DNA of 64,000 nt. Origin: Nitrospirales bacterium (GTDB lineage: Bacteria > Nitrospirota > Nitrospiria > Nitrospirales > UBA8639). Location of the stretch: assembly GCA_963422365.1 (NCBI GenBank), contig OY729426.1:2304001-2368000 (forward strand), in the 5' to 3' direction. The notes beneath the pieces were generated by a model. It did not search any database and was not told where the DNA came from. It saw only the letters and a list, made by a program, of their open reading frames with translations. The translations under genes and the position numbers were made by a program. Below, one piece after another: positions 31,361 through 41,047 of this stretch (its first letter is position 1; each line of letters opens with the position of its first letter).

Positions 31361-31936
31361 ATGCGCCTCGCTTTTTGGGGATTTTGCTGGAGCTTCTTTT
31401 TTGTGATGGCCATTGGATGTGCTTCTTCAGACTATAGCCACCTGTTTTCAGCACAGGTACTGGCCGCAGTTGATCCAGGAACAACCTATACCCAGATAAA
31501 GGAAACCCCCTCATCCCATCAGGGCAAAACCCTGATCATCGGAGGCGAAGTCCTGGCAGCGAAACGCTTGAGAGACCATACACGCCTGACCATCCTCCAA
31601 CTGCCCCTAGGGGAGACGAAAAGACCAACGTCCAATCGTACCCACACGCAAGGTCGATTCATGGCGATTCAAAAAGCATTCCTCGATCCAGCTACTGTCC
31701 CACAGGGATCTCGCGTCACGCTCATCGGCACATTAACCGGCAGCATCACCGAACCACTCGATGAAATGGACTATACCTATCCAGTTCTGACTATCAGAGA
31801 ACTAAAAATATGGCCTCAAGCCGTCCAACCACCTTGCTCGCGACTACCCTGTGGATACGGCCCTTATGGATTCAGCCCCTATTACCCTCGGTATTATTGG
31901 TATCCAGCCGTTTGGTATTATCCATATTGGTGGTAA
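31361..31936 (+). CDS. Slp family outer-membrane lipoprotein
   Basis: Lipobox AIGC, IIGGEV, TQGRF, FLDPA, YTYPVL and an aromatic/Pro-rich tail. Confidence 0.88.
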   Translation: MRLAFWGFCWSFFFVMAIGCASSDYSHLFSAQVLAAVDPGTTYTQIKETPSSHQGKTLIIGGEVLAAKRLRDHTRLTILQLPLGETKRPTSNRTHTQGRFMAIQKAFLDPATVPQGSRVTLIGTLTGSITEPLDEMDYTYPVLTIRELKIWPQAVQPPCSRLPCGYGPYGFSPYYPRYYWYPAVWYYPYWW

Positions 31937-31955
31937 CCGGAAAAAGGAGTCTTCC

Positions 31956-32678
31956 ATGAAACGATCTGCCTCCATGACAGTGTTGACTGGCTTCACAGCT
32001 TGTGCGTTGTTGACCCTGATCGTCGTGTCGTGCAAACAAGGCTATGCAGCCGAGACCGGCACAGGTGGGGATGCGCCTGTCTATTCGTTCACATTGAACG
32101 ATATTGACGGGACTCCGCTCCCCCTGAACACCTTTAAGGGGAAAGTATTGCTCTTGGTCAATACTGCCAGTTTTTGCGGCAATACGCCTCAATACGAGGG
32201 ATTACAAACGTTGTATGAACAGTATCGCAACCAGGGCCTGGAAATTTTGGCCTTCCCGGCCAACAACTTCGGCCGACAAGAGCCGGGTACCGACGAAGAA
32301 ATCAAATCCTTCTGCTACACCAAGTACGCCTTGGAGTTTCCCTTGTTCAGCAAAATCAGTGTCACGGGAAAGGATATGCATTCACTCTATCATTATCTCA
32401 CCACTCAAAGCCCGTTTCCCGGCGAAATCGAGTGGAATTTTCAAAAATTTCTGGTGAATCGACAAGGATCGGTGATTGCCCGTTATCGCCCGGGGCTGAA
32501 ACCGCTCTCCTCCCAACTCGTGCAAGACATTGAACGCGCGCTCAGCAAGCAGGGGTTAAGAGCACTGCCGAACAATAAAAAGAGGGCCGTGGAACGAATG
32601 CGTAGGAAGGAGACACCCCAAAAATCGTATGTAGCCAGTCCCGCACCGGACAAAAATGACTCTACCCCCCCCCAATAA
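31956..32678 (+). CDS. Exported glutathione peroxidase family protein (C-terminus probably extended by frameshift)
   Basis: GKVLLLVNTASFCGNTPQY, LAFPANNFGRQEPG, IEWNFQKFLV. Start at ATG 31956 after AAGGAG. The domain ends near 32555, where GGGG-TTAA places a stop one base out of frame. Confidence 0.9.
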   Translation: MKRSASMTVLTGFTACALLTLIVVSCKQGYAAETGTGGDAPVYSFTLNDIDGTPLPLNTFKGKVLLLVNTASFCGNTPQYEGLQTLYEQYRNQGLEILAFPANNFGRQEPGTDEEIKSFCYTKYALEFPLFSKISVTGKDMHSLYHYLTTQSPFPGEIEWNFQKFLVNRQGSVIARYRPGLKPLSSQLVQDIERALSKQGLRALPNNKKRAVERMRRKETPQKSYVASPAPDKNDSTPPQ

Positions 32679-34072
32679 TTTCTTTCACTTCAATACGTTA
32701 GATGTTCCTTTCATCGGATACCTCTTTTTGTGTCTGAATATATTTTTCTTCAGCGCTCTCATGGTGACCGATCCGGTGAGCTATCATGCACTGGCCCAGG
32801 AAGACCGCTGGATGGAAAATCTCACCGCGGTCTGGTTCTTCCTGGCGGGCCTGCTGCTGTTCGCCACGGCTGTGGCGGAGCCAAGTGTCTTCCGGCGCTG
32901 CGCCTATGTGCTTGGCGGCCTGGCAATGCTGTTCGTCGCCGGGGAGGAAATCAGTTAGGGGCAGCGCATACTCGGATTTGCGACACCCGATGTCCTGATG
33001 GACGTGAATGCCCAGGGCGAATTCAACGTTCACAACATCAACTTAAGATTATTTGAGAAAATTCAGCGGGAAGGAACGCTGATCCTGTGCATGGTGACCT
33101 GCGCCGCGTTTTTCTGCCGCAAGGACAGACTCTTCGGGATTCCCTTGCCGTCAGTCCTGCTGATGTTCGGCTTTCTTCTGGTGTTGTCCCATTTGCCATT
33201 CTTGAGAATGGCGAACATCCTGGAATTTATCCATTACAAAGAGAAAGGGCTGCTTCTGCTCTTTGTCATCTTCACGTTGCTCGCAGGGCAAGCCAGATGG
33301 CTGATTGCCGCCGTCGCAACGATAGCACTCGTCCTGGCTTTGTCATATGCCAGTGACGTTAGCAACTTCCACAATGACCGAATGTACGAGGTGCAGGAGT
33401 ATCTGTTCGGCATCGTCTGCCTTTTCTATGCAGGTGAACTATTGCGGGCCCAGGGACAGCGAGTGGCATTCAGATGGACGCCATTCACCGGGCTGAAATT
33501 GCCGGCGACGTTTGCATTCCGGCGATGGAGGTTTCTGGCTTCCCGCTTTCGCGGGAATGACGGAGGGTTTCGCAGGAATGGCGAAGGCTGGAAAGACGAA
33601 TTTCCAAGACCGCTCTGGCTGATGATGTGCACTTTGGTCATTGCCGGCAGCATCGGGGTGGCGCTGTTGGCGCATTTCAGATCCAAAGACGACGCTGCCG
33701 CCGTTGAGGAGGCATATCAGCGGATCTTGTCCGGCGAGTTCGGCGATCCGGCCATCCGCTCCGACTTCGACGTCTATTTGAATGAAAACATGCTGATTTA
33801 CTTCAAGGAATCGTGCACCCGCGCTGACAGAACAACGCGCTTCTTTCTGCACCTGATTCCCGCGGACAAGGATGACTTGCCCGGACACCGCAGGCGGTAT
33901 GGCTTCGACAACCTGAACTTCCGTTATCGCTGGTTCGACTGGCCCGACACGAACTCCGGCGGGAGGTGCCTGGTGGCTGTCCCCCTCCCCGACTACGTCA
34001 TCACCGGCATTGAGACGGGACAGACCACCCAGGAAAGGCCGAGTCTGGCAGGGGAAGTTCGCAATCAAATGA
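32656..34072 (+). pseudogene. Polytopic membrane protein (GEEISWGQR-type) with extracytoplasmic C-terminal domain, disrupted
   Basis: QEDRWMENLT...GEEIS*GQRILGF..P..NAQGEFNVHN, with TAG at 32956-32958 in place of the conserved Trp. A second frameshift near 34030 restores GRVWQGKFAIK* (TGA 34070-34072). Confidence 0.8.
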
Positions 34073-34301
34073 TTCGTGACGTGATTCTCAGGCGCTTCGC
34101 CAGAGATGCGCATGGCCCGGAGTCGAAGAAGGCTGGCGCTGAGGATGATGGTGTCCACGGAAGTCGAGGATGAGCGCGAGGCCCAGGAACATTTCACGCT
34201 ACGCATCCGGACCGAAATCAATTGCCATGAGACGCAATCCGACCTAGATCGGACCGATTAGGGAGTCTGGAGGGTGGCGTCCACCCCGCGATGGGATACT
34301 G

Positions 34302-34769
34302 CTACGCGGAATTGCCGACGGGCACCTGGCTCGGGCACAAGGCCGCAGCGCAGGGCCTCGCCGCCAGCACCAGAAGTCCCGAGATTTTTCGCAAGCGCGT
34401 AGCTCGGACACAAGGTCGCGGCGCGCATCCTTCGGCTGATCGCCACACCGTGTTCGCGGAGCCCATTCCCCATGTTCCGCTCACGGCGTGGCGATCATAC
34501 AACTTCGCCGGACCTTGAAATACGTGCACATTCAACGACCCGTCATAGCCCTGCGGAGGCGTGACGACGAACGACTCGCGTTCGGCGCCTTTTCGCGTCA
34601 CCTGCCGCACGTCCGCGTACACGTTACCACACTCCTGGCTTTCAATAGTCAGATCAACAAAGACCCGTGAATCAACGTGATTCTCGTCACTCACGCACGC
34701 TGAAGCATTCACGAAACATCGGCGAGACGTTATTGCGGCGATAACCATGGAAAAAGCCCTCATAGGCAT
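34302..34769 (-). CDS. Hypothetical protein (possibly degenerate)
   Basis: Coding-like segment SDENHVDSRVFVDLTIE...VYADVRQ...PPQGYDGSLN; ends uncertain. Confidence 0.35.
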   Translation of the reverse strand: MPMRAFSMVIAAITSRRCFVNASACVSDENHVDSRVFVDLTIESQECGNVYADVRQVTRKGAERESFVVTPPQGYDGSLNVHVFQGPAKLYDRHAVSGTWGMGSANTVWRSAEGCAPRPCVRATRLRKISGLLVLAARPCAAALCPSQVPVGNSA

Positions 34770-34800
34770 GGAAGAGGAGCAGACAAACCGGCTGCCCGAA

Positions 34801-35358
34801 TCAGGCCGGCTTCGAACGCACGTCGAGTTTCTGTAACAACTCATCCCAGTCGGAAACGCGGGTCACGCCTGGGGATGCAACCATTCGATTCCACGGTTGA
34901 TCCATGAGAAAGACCCGAACGCCTTGCGCCAGATACTCCCGCACGTGGCCCGGATGGTCATCGACGGCCAAGACAACGTTGTTCGAAACCTCGGTTTTTT
35001 CCCAGGTGTGATGGAGTTCGTCAAACGGAATGCCATGTTCGTCCAACCAATCCAGTGTGGGTCGGCGAGCAGTGGGACGACGCGCCGTAATCAGGACAAT
35101 CCGATAGTCTTTCTGAAGCCATTGTAACCCTTGTCGAGCACCAGGAACGACCGGCAACGTCGGAATGCTCCGCTCATGAAAATAATCGAAAATCCGTTCA
35201 ATCAGCTCTCGATCCCAATCACTGCCGTCAAGCCCACCCGCGCTGGCATACGTCTCAGGCGGCCAGGGCTCGCCGGTCAATTCATGAAAAATTCGTTGGA
35301 CTTCCTGCTCGGCTTGAGCCAATACGTTATCGATGTCAACAGCAAACCCTGGTCGCAT
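34801..35358 (-). CDS. HAD-family 5'(3')-deoxyribonucleotidase (NT5C-like)
   Basis: AVDIDNVLA (DxD), LITARR, TLDWLDEHGIPFDEL, VDDHP, MDQPWNR, RVSDWDE. Confidence 0.85.
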   Translation of the reverse strand: MRPGFAVDIDNVLAQAEQEVQRIFHELTGEPWPPETYASAGGLDGSDWDRELIERIFDYFHERSIPTLPVVPGARQGLQWLQKDYRIVLITARRPTARRPTLDWLDEHGIPFDELHHTWEKTEVSNNVVLAVDDHPGHVREYLAQGVRVFLMDQPWNRMVASPGVTRVSDWDELLQKLDVRSKPA

Positions 35359-35479
35359 CCGATCCTCATCCTCCTCATCACTGCAAGACAGTATTCTGCG
35401 GGGTCACTTCAGTACATACCGCGCCAACCCCGTTGGGCACAACAGAAAAAGAGGCTGGACAGTTTGGAAACGGGCGTGC

Positions 35480-37231
35480 TTAGTTGCTCATCCGAAGCAT
35501 GCGCAACCGGTTCAAGGCTGCGGCGATTTCCAAGGAGCGAGGACGAGCAAAATTTCCTGGATGGTGCTCGCTTTTGCGAAAGGGATCAAGGACGTCCAAG
35601 CCTACTTCATCAAACAGTCGATCCAGGTCTTGGACTACCGCTTTCACGTCTATCCGTCCATCCAGCATACGGCGTGAGGCAAGATGGAGAGCATACCCCA
35701 CCGCCCGGGTTTGACTGACATCCACCAGTTGTTCTATCCCGCTCACGTCAATGACTTCATGCCCAAAGGCAATGGCCTCCACGGACTTGGCGTCAATGTT
35801 CACCTCGCGGTTACCACGGGAAGGATTGAGGCTCTCCCCCAAGGGAATTCGGGACTCGACATCCGCCAGAGATGAAACCCGTTCGATGGCTCGTTGAGTC
35901 TGGAACTCTCGTGCGACTCGTTGGGCACGTGCCGTTACATCCAGAGGCTGATACTCCTGCATCATGATGACCGTATCGGCCACGTCGAAATAATCCCCAC
36001 AGCCTCCCATCACCAACACCGTGGATACCCCATGCCGTTCATACAGATCACGCACATGGTCCACAAACGGCGTGATGGGTTCAGACTCCTTGTGAACCAA
36101 CGCCTGCATCCGCGCGTCCCTGACCATAAAATTCGTGGCACTGGTATCTTCATCAAGCAACAACGTCGTGGCACCTGCTTCGATGGCTTCAAGAATCGAG
36201 GCGGCCTGACTGGTGCTCCCACTCGCATTGTCCGTTGAAAACTGCGTGGTCTCCTGCCCATACGGAAGATTGTCGATAAATCCACTGATATTGACTCGTT
36301 CAATGTGTCGGCCGTCTTCCGCGCGAATTTTGACGGCTTGATCCGTTGTCACGACGTATTCCCGACCATCTTCAGGGACATGAGGATACACCCCACGCTC
36401 CAATGCCCGAAGGACCGTGGACTTGCCGTGATATCCTCCTCCCACAATCAACGTGACTCCCTTGGGGATCCCCAGGCCGGTTAAGAATTGCGTGGTCTTG
36501 CCGTGTTGAGAAACAGGATGAGAAACGGGTAGCGACACACGAAGGGCATCAGGCGTGATAAAAGGCTTCGCCTTCTCATCCGACAGTGGATGATCGGATG
36601 CACCGCTGGTTCTTGGCAAAATCGCCTCATCGGCGACGAAGGCCACCAACCCCAAGGCGTCAAGTTGTGCGCGGATTGCCTCTTGATTGTCCACACAATC
36701 AACAAAGGCCAGTGCCCGGCCTTGATCAACGTGTTTCCACTGTAAGGCGTCTTCGGCAATCTTGGGCACTTCCTGACACAGCATGGCCTCCGCTTGTCGG
36801 CCGAGTATGGTGCGGCCTTGTGCCGGCAGGCCGAGCGACAATCGAGCTTCAACCCATTGGGACGTCACCACCATGGCCGTTCGTTCCAAGACCTCTTGCC
36901 CACCCACGTCTATCGAAACGAGTCCGCTTTTCCCAATCCCCCGATTTCCCTGACACTCTTGACGGATGGTCTGATGCACGCCACGAACCAGAAAATCTTG
37001 CAAGGCAACCCGGCGAACGCGACTGGAAAAAAAATTCGAGGGAATCTGAGTCACGGCACGGGGAACTCTCACGCGAATTTTTGAAGGGGAGGCAAACGGG
37101 TCGCCTTGCACGTAATCGATGAACAAGGTGAACTGAGGGTAGGCGTAGGCGCCTTGCAGATCCCTGTAGGCTTTGTACCCTCGGCCATCAATTCGGGCAA
37201 GGATTGTTCTGAGATCATCGACAGTACGCAT
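35480..37231 (-). CDS. Soluble ABC-class ATPase domain protein (ABC_ATPase / MRB1590-like family)
   Basis: IDGRGYKAY, VQGDPFASPS, Walker A GGGYHGKST, IRAEDGR, ASGSTSQAA, Walker B LLLDEDTSATNFM, C-terminal ARPRSLEIAAALNRLR. Confidence 0.88.
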   Translation of the reverse strand: MRTVDDLRTILARIDGRGYKAYRDLQGAYAYPQFTLFIDYVQGDPFASPSKIRVRVPRAVTQIPSNFFSSRVRRVALQDFLVRGVHQTIRQECQGNRGIGKSGLVSIDVGGQEVLERTAMVVTSQWVEARLSLGLPAQGRTILGRQAEAMLCQEVPKIAEDALQWKHVDQGRALAFVDCVDNQEAIRAQLDALGLVAFVADEAILPRTSGASDHPLSDEKAKPFITPDALRVSLPVSHPVSQHGKTTQFLTGLGIPKGVTLIVGGGYHGKSTVLRALERGVYPHVPEDGREYVVTTDQAVKIRAEDGRHIERVNISGFIDNLPYGQETTQFSTDNASGSTSQAASILEAIEAGATTLLLDEDTSATNFMVRDARMQALVHKESEPITPFVDHVRDLYERHGVSTVLVMGGCGDYFDVADTVIMMQEYQPLDVTARAQRVAREFQTQRAIERVSSLADVESRIPLGESLNPSRGNREVNIDAKSVEAIAFGHEVIDVSGIEQLVDVSQTRAVGYALHLASRRMLDGRIDVKAVVQDLDRLFDEVGLDVLDPFRKSEHHPGNFARPRSLEIAAALNRLRMLRMSN

Positions 37232-37245
37232 CTGAAAAAAGAAAC

Positions 37246-38181
37246 TTATTGAGAAAGCTCAGCCGGCATTGAATTCATGCGAACATTCGACAACTGCTCT
37301 AACGCAAGCATCAAGGCATGCGTGCCAGAGCGTCCATGCCCATGAGATTGAACGGCAAGATAGAGTTGATGCACCAATGAAAGCCCGGGCAAGACAAGCC
37401 CCATCCGTTTGGCTTCTTCCAAGGCGATACCCATATCCTTCACAAAATGTTCGACAACGAACCCCGGGACAAAGTTTCGAGTCAGTATGCGGGGAGCAAG
37501 GTTATCCAACGTCCAACATGCCGCAGCGCCGACTCGGACGGATTGCAACATGGTTGCTACATCCAACCCCGCGCGATAGCCATACAGTAACGATTCACAC
37601 ACTCCAATCATGGTTCCAGCGATCGTTATTTGATTGCAGAGCTTGGTGTGCTGACCAGCGCCTGTCGTCCCCTGATGGATAATGGTCTGACCCAATAACT
37701 CAAAAAGCGGTCGGATTGCTTCCACAACGTCGGTTTCGCCGCCCACCATAATGGACAACGACGCGTTGCGCGCGCCTATATCCCCACCTGAAACAGGGGC
37801 ATCCAAGAAAGACGCTCCGCGAGCCCTTACAATTGCTGCTATCTTTCCAGCTAAAGTCGGAGGAGCCGTGGTCATATCCACAAACACCATCCCTGCTCGT
37901 GCCTGATGGATGAGGCCTTCTTCGCCTAAGTAGACTTCGAACACATCCTGAGGGAACCCCACCATCGTGAAGACCACGTCGGATTCATCAGCCACTCGTG
38001 CCGGTGAATCCGCCCATCGTGCCCCTTGCTGAAGCAGTTCTTCAGCTTTTGATCGAGTTCGTGAAAAGACGGTTATCGCATGGTCCTTGGCCAAGAGGTG
38101 TCCGGCCATGGCCCCTCCCATGACACCCGTCCCAATCCATCCAAGACGAAGCGGGAAAGGAAGTCTGAATTGTCTGGACAT
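37246..38181 (-). CDS. 3-hydroxyisobutyrate dehydrogenase / tartronate semialdehyde reductase family oxidoreductase
   Basis: GWIGTGVMG, LDAPVSGGDIGA, GAGQHTKLCNQ, HFVKDMGIAL. Confidence 0.92.
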   Translation of the reverse strand: MSRQFRLPFPLRLGWIGTGVMGGAMAGHLLAKDHAITVFSRTRSKAEELLQQGARWADSPARVADESDVVFTMVGFPQDVFEVYLGEEGLIHQARAGMVFVDMTTAPPTLAGKIAAIVRARGASFLDAPVSGGDIGARNASLSIMVGGETDVVEAIRPLFELLGQTIIHQGTTGAGQHTKLCNQITIAGTMIGVCESLLYGYRAGLDVATMLQSVRVGAAACWTLDNLAPRILTRNFVPGFVVEHFVKDMGIALEEAKRMGLVLPGLSLVHQLYLAVQSHGHGRSGTHALMLALEQLSNVRMNSMPAELSQ

Positions 38182-38196
38182 AGAGAATAAAAAAAA

Positions 38197-39300
38197 TTAC
38201 ACGGTGGGCAAACCAGGTTGTTGTTGAGTCAGACAATGCAACGTCCCAAAGCCCCACACAAGATCGACCGCGTGAACCCCAATAACCGGGCGGTCGGGAA
38301 ATAATTCGCTCAAAATGCCCAGAGCCATTCGATCATTGGGATCATTAAAGGTTGGAACCAGGACAGCCGCATTCGCAATATAAAAATTGGCGTAACTCGC
38401 TGGAAGCCGTCGACCATCAAAGTACAGTGGGGCCGGCAGAGGCAATGGAATTACCTCGATTGTTGATCCATTTTCCAGTGTCGCGTTTTCTAAACGCTCT
38501 CGATTTTCAGCCAACACATGGTAATTGTCATCACCGCTGTTTCGTTCCTGACACAACACCACAGTCGTCGGATTCACAAAACGACACACATCATCCACAT
38601 GCCCATGGGTATCATCCCCGGCAATACCTTTGTTCAACCATATGACATTGGTGACGCCCAACGCGTCTTGTAAAACCGACTCATAGTCCGTAGACAGAAA
38701 TCCTGGATTGCGCACTTGAACATCACGATCAAGCAAACATTCTTCGGTGGTCAACCCAGTCCCAACCCCATTCACGTCAATGCTGCCCCCTTCCAAGACC
38801 ACCTTCTGCCCTTTGTGAAGAATGGGGAAGGAGCGACAGGCTAAGCGAGACGCGACTTTCACCGACACTCGATTGTCTTTTTTCCAATCAGCATAGCGGG
38901 CCCACGCGATAAATTGAAAACGTGTAATCGCCACTTCCGAAGTCGGCCGACCCCGCGTCACAAAAATCGGACCAAAGTCACGAGTCCAGCCACGATCCGT
39001 CGAAATCCGAAAAAACTCGATACTGGAGAGATTGGCTTCGGCCCGTGCCAAAACACTCCGCGCACGCTCTTCATGCGACTGGGAATGAACAAGAATCCGG
39101 ACCCGCTCTCCATCCGCCAACTTCCGAACAATCTCCCCATACACCCAATGAACGGCAGCCAGTTTTCCCGGCCAATCCGAGGCATTATGGGGCCACCCCA
39201 GCCAAGTTGCCTCATGCGGCTCCCATTCCGCCGGCATGCGGAACCCTAATTGCACAGGAGTCGACCGTAACGTGTTCCCTTGATGCGTCTCTTTTCCCAT
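38197..39300 (-). CDS. aguA: Agmatine deiminase
   Basis: RMPAEWEPH, WTRDFGP, LEGGSIDVNG, DDTHGHVDD, ASYANFY, GTLHCLTQQQP. Confidence 0.93.
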   Translation of the reverse strand: MGKETHQGNTLRSTPVQLGFRMPAEWEPHEATWLGWPHNASDWPGKLAAVHWVYGEIVRKLADGERVRILVHSQSHEERARSVLARAEANLSSIEFFRISTDRGWTRDFGPIFVTRGRPTSEVAITRFQFIAWARYADWKKDNRVSVKVASRLACRSFPILHKGQKVVLEGGSIDVNGVGTGLTTEECLLDRDVQVRNPGFLSTDYESVLQDALGVTNVIWLNKGIAGDDTHGHVDDVCRFVNPTTVVLCQERNSGDDNYHVLAENRERLENATLENGSTIEVIPLPLPAPLYFDGRRLPASYANFYIANAAVLVPTFNDPNDRMALGILSELFPDRPVIGVHAVDLVWGFGTLHCLTQQQPGLPTV

Positions 39301-39352
39301 TGAAGGAACAGATTGTCTCCCTGCAGCAATGGTTTCTCACTATGATATGAGA

Positions 39353-40092
39353 TCAAAGCTTAAGGACCAATGTGTTGTGATATGACATCGTCCGTGTAAA
39401 AGTTCTGCGTTCTAGCAGTCCATTAACCGCCGAGACCAAGCCGGGAAACCTGTTTGAATAATCGTCGAAAATCACGAGTGCGCCTTTCAGGAGTAGCGGA
39501 AAAAACAACTCAACATCTTTTTCAACTCCTTCCTTGGTATGATTTCCGTCAATAAACAGCATTCGAATCCCTTTGTGACCGATTTTCTTAGCTGCAAGCT
39601 CACTCGACATATCAAGAAGGTAGACCACTTTATCGAGACCAACGCGTTTCATATTATTTAAAAACGCTCTTTTCAGATCACTCAACTGTTCATTTTCTTT
39701 TACAACCGTTTCTTTCCTAAGATTTTCACCAAAATGATCAATAGCGTAAAACGTGCCGTTATTCGAATTCGCTCTACCGCTCGGCCCAAAAAACTCGTTG
39801 ACCGCCCTTGCCATGAACCAATTTCAACGACATCCCCTTGAAGCTCTTGCATGTAACATAACGTGTACAAAATTTCTCCTGATCGCGGCGCGACCATCCC
39901 CGGAATCAACAACGAAATCGATGCCAACATATCTAAATCTATGATTTTGCGATTTGGACTAAGATCACATACTGGTTCGATTATATTTTTGGCGCGAATG
40001 AGTCGAAACACTGATACCAAAGTATTTCGCTTTTTTTGTATTAACAGCCTCAGATTTCGTTTTAACGACTGTAGTATCAACCGCATATTCAT
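39353..40092 (-). pseudogene. Class I SAM-dependent methyltransferase (Methyltransf_24-like), frameshifted, AT-rich
   Basis: GDVVEIGSWQGRST in one frame, then YAIDHF...MLFIDGNH...IFDDY in another. Frameshift at about 39772. Confidence 0.85.
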
Positions 40093-40123
40093 ATTTTTCA
40101 CCCAAGGCATCATTTCAAACTGC

Positions 40124-41035
40124 CTAGCACTCGCCATCGTCGTCTTGGTCAAAGAAACGCTTCGTGAGGCCGCCATACGCATCAACTCGACGGTCGCGGA
40201 GAAAGGGCCAATGGCGCCGGACTTCTTCAACTCGGCTCATATTAATTTCAGCGAGGAGAATTTCTTCTTGATCAATCGACGCTTCGGTTAGGACAATACC
40301 AAAGGGGTCGCAAATGAACGAACTCCCCCAAAATTCGATGCCCTCTCCGCCTGCATCGGGTTTCTCATGGCCCACTCGATTCACAACAGCCACAAACACG
40401 CCGTTCGCAATCGCGTGACTACGTTGAATGGTCTGCCACGCGCCGCGTTGCGATTCACCGTCTTGGGCTTTTTCGGACGGATGCCATCCAATGGCCGTGG
40501 GGTAGAACAACATCTCAGCACCCTGAAGCGTCGTGAGCCGAGCGGCTTCAGGATACCATTGGTCCCAACATATGAGGGTGCCGATTTTACCCACACTCGT
40601 TTGAATCGCTTGAAAGCCTCTATCTCCCGGCGTGAAATAAAACTTCTCATAGTAGGCTGGATCATCAGGAATGTGCATCTTGCGATAGAGGCCGGCAACA
40701 GAGCCATCGCCGTCAAGCACCACAACCGAGTTGTGATACATCCCGGCGGTTCTGCGTTCGAAGATCGGAACCATAATCACAACGTTGTACTTTCTCGCAA
40801 CCTTGCCCAACGCTTCAGTCGACGGCCCAGGCACCGACTCCGCCAAATCACACCACGCCGGATCTTCTTGTTGACAAAAATACTGCGAACGAAACAGTTC
40901 CGGCAGACAGATGATCTTAGCCCCACGCCGTGCGGCTTCTTCGACTTTGGCAAGGGCAGAGACGAGATTCTCGTGAGGAACAGCCTCACAAGACATTTGG
41001 ACCAAGGCTATCGTCAGATTGTTTCCCAGATTCAT
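40124..41035 (-). CDS. aguB: Carbon-nitrogen hydrolase, probable N-carbamoylputrescine amidase
   Basis: ICLPELF, YRKMHIPDDPAYYEKFYFTPGD, LICWDQWYPEAAR, WPFLRDRR. Clustered with aguA. Confidence 0.9.
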   Translation of the reverse strand: MNLGNNLTIALVQMSCEAVPHENLVSALAKVEEAARRGAKIICLPELFRSQYFCQQEDPAWCDLAESVPGPSTEALGKVARKYNVVIMVPIFERRTAGMYHNSVVVLDGDGSVAGLYRKMHIPDDPAYYEKFYFTPGDRGFQAIQTSVGKIGTLICWDQWYPEAARLTTLQGAEMLFYPTAIGWHPSEKAQDGESQRGAWQTIQRSHAIANGVFVAVVNRVGHEKPDAGGEGIEFWGSSFICDPFGIVLTEASIDQEEILLAEINMSRVEEVRRHWPFLRDRRVDAYGGLTKRFFDQDDDGEC

Positions 41036-41047
41036 GAGAACAGCCCC

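Noticed and set aside
33439..34221. 260-aa minus-strand ORF
   Set aside because: Antisense shadow of the membrane-protein pseudogene.
40120..40127. GCTAGGC at the aguB end, matching the motif at the 45350 island edge (possible shared insertion site)
   Set aside because: A 7-mer is expected several times by chance in 64 kb (another copy is at about 21792), and no attC follows the methyltransferase.
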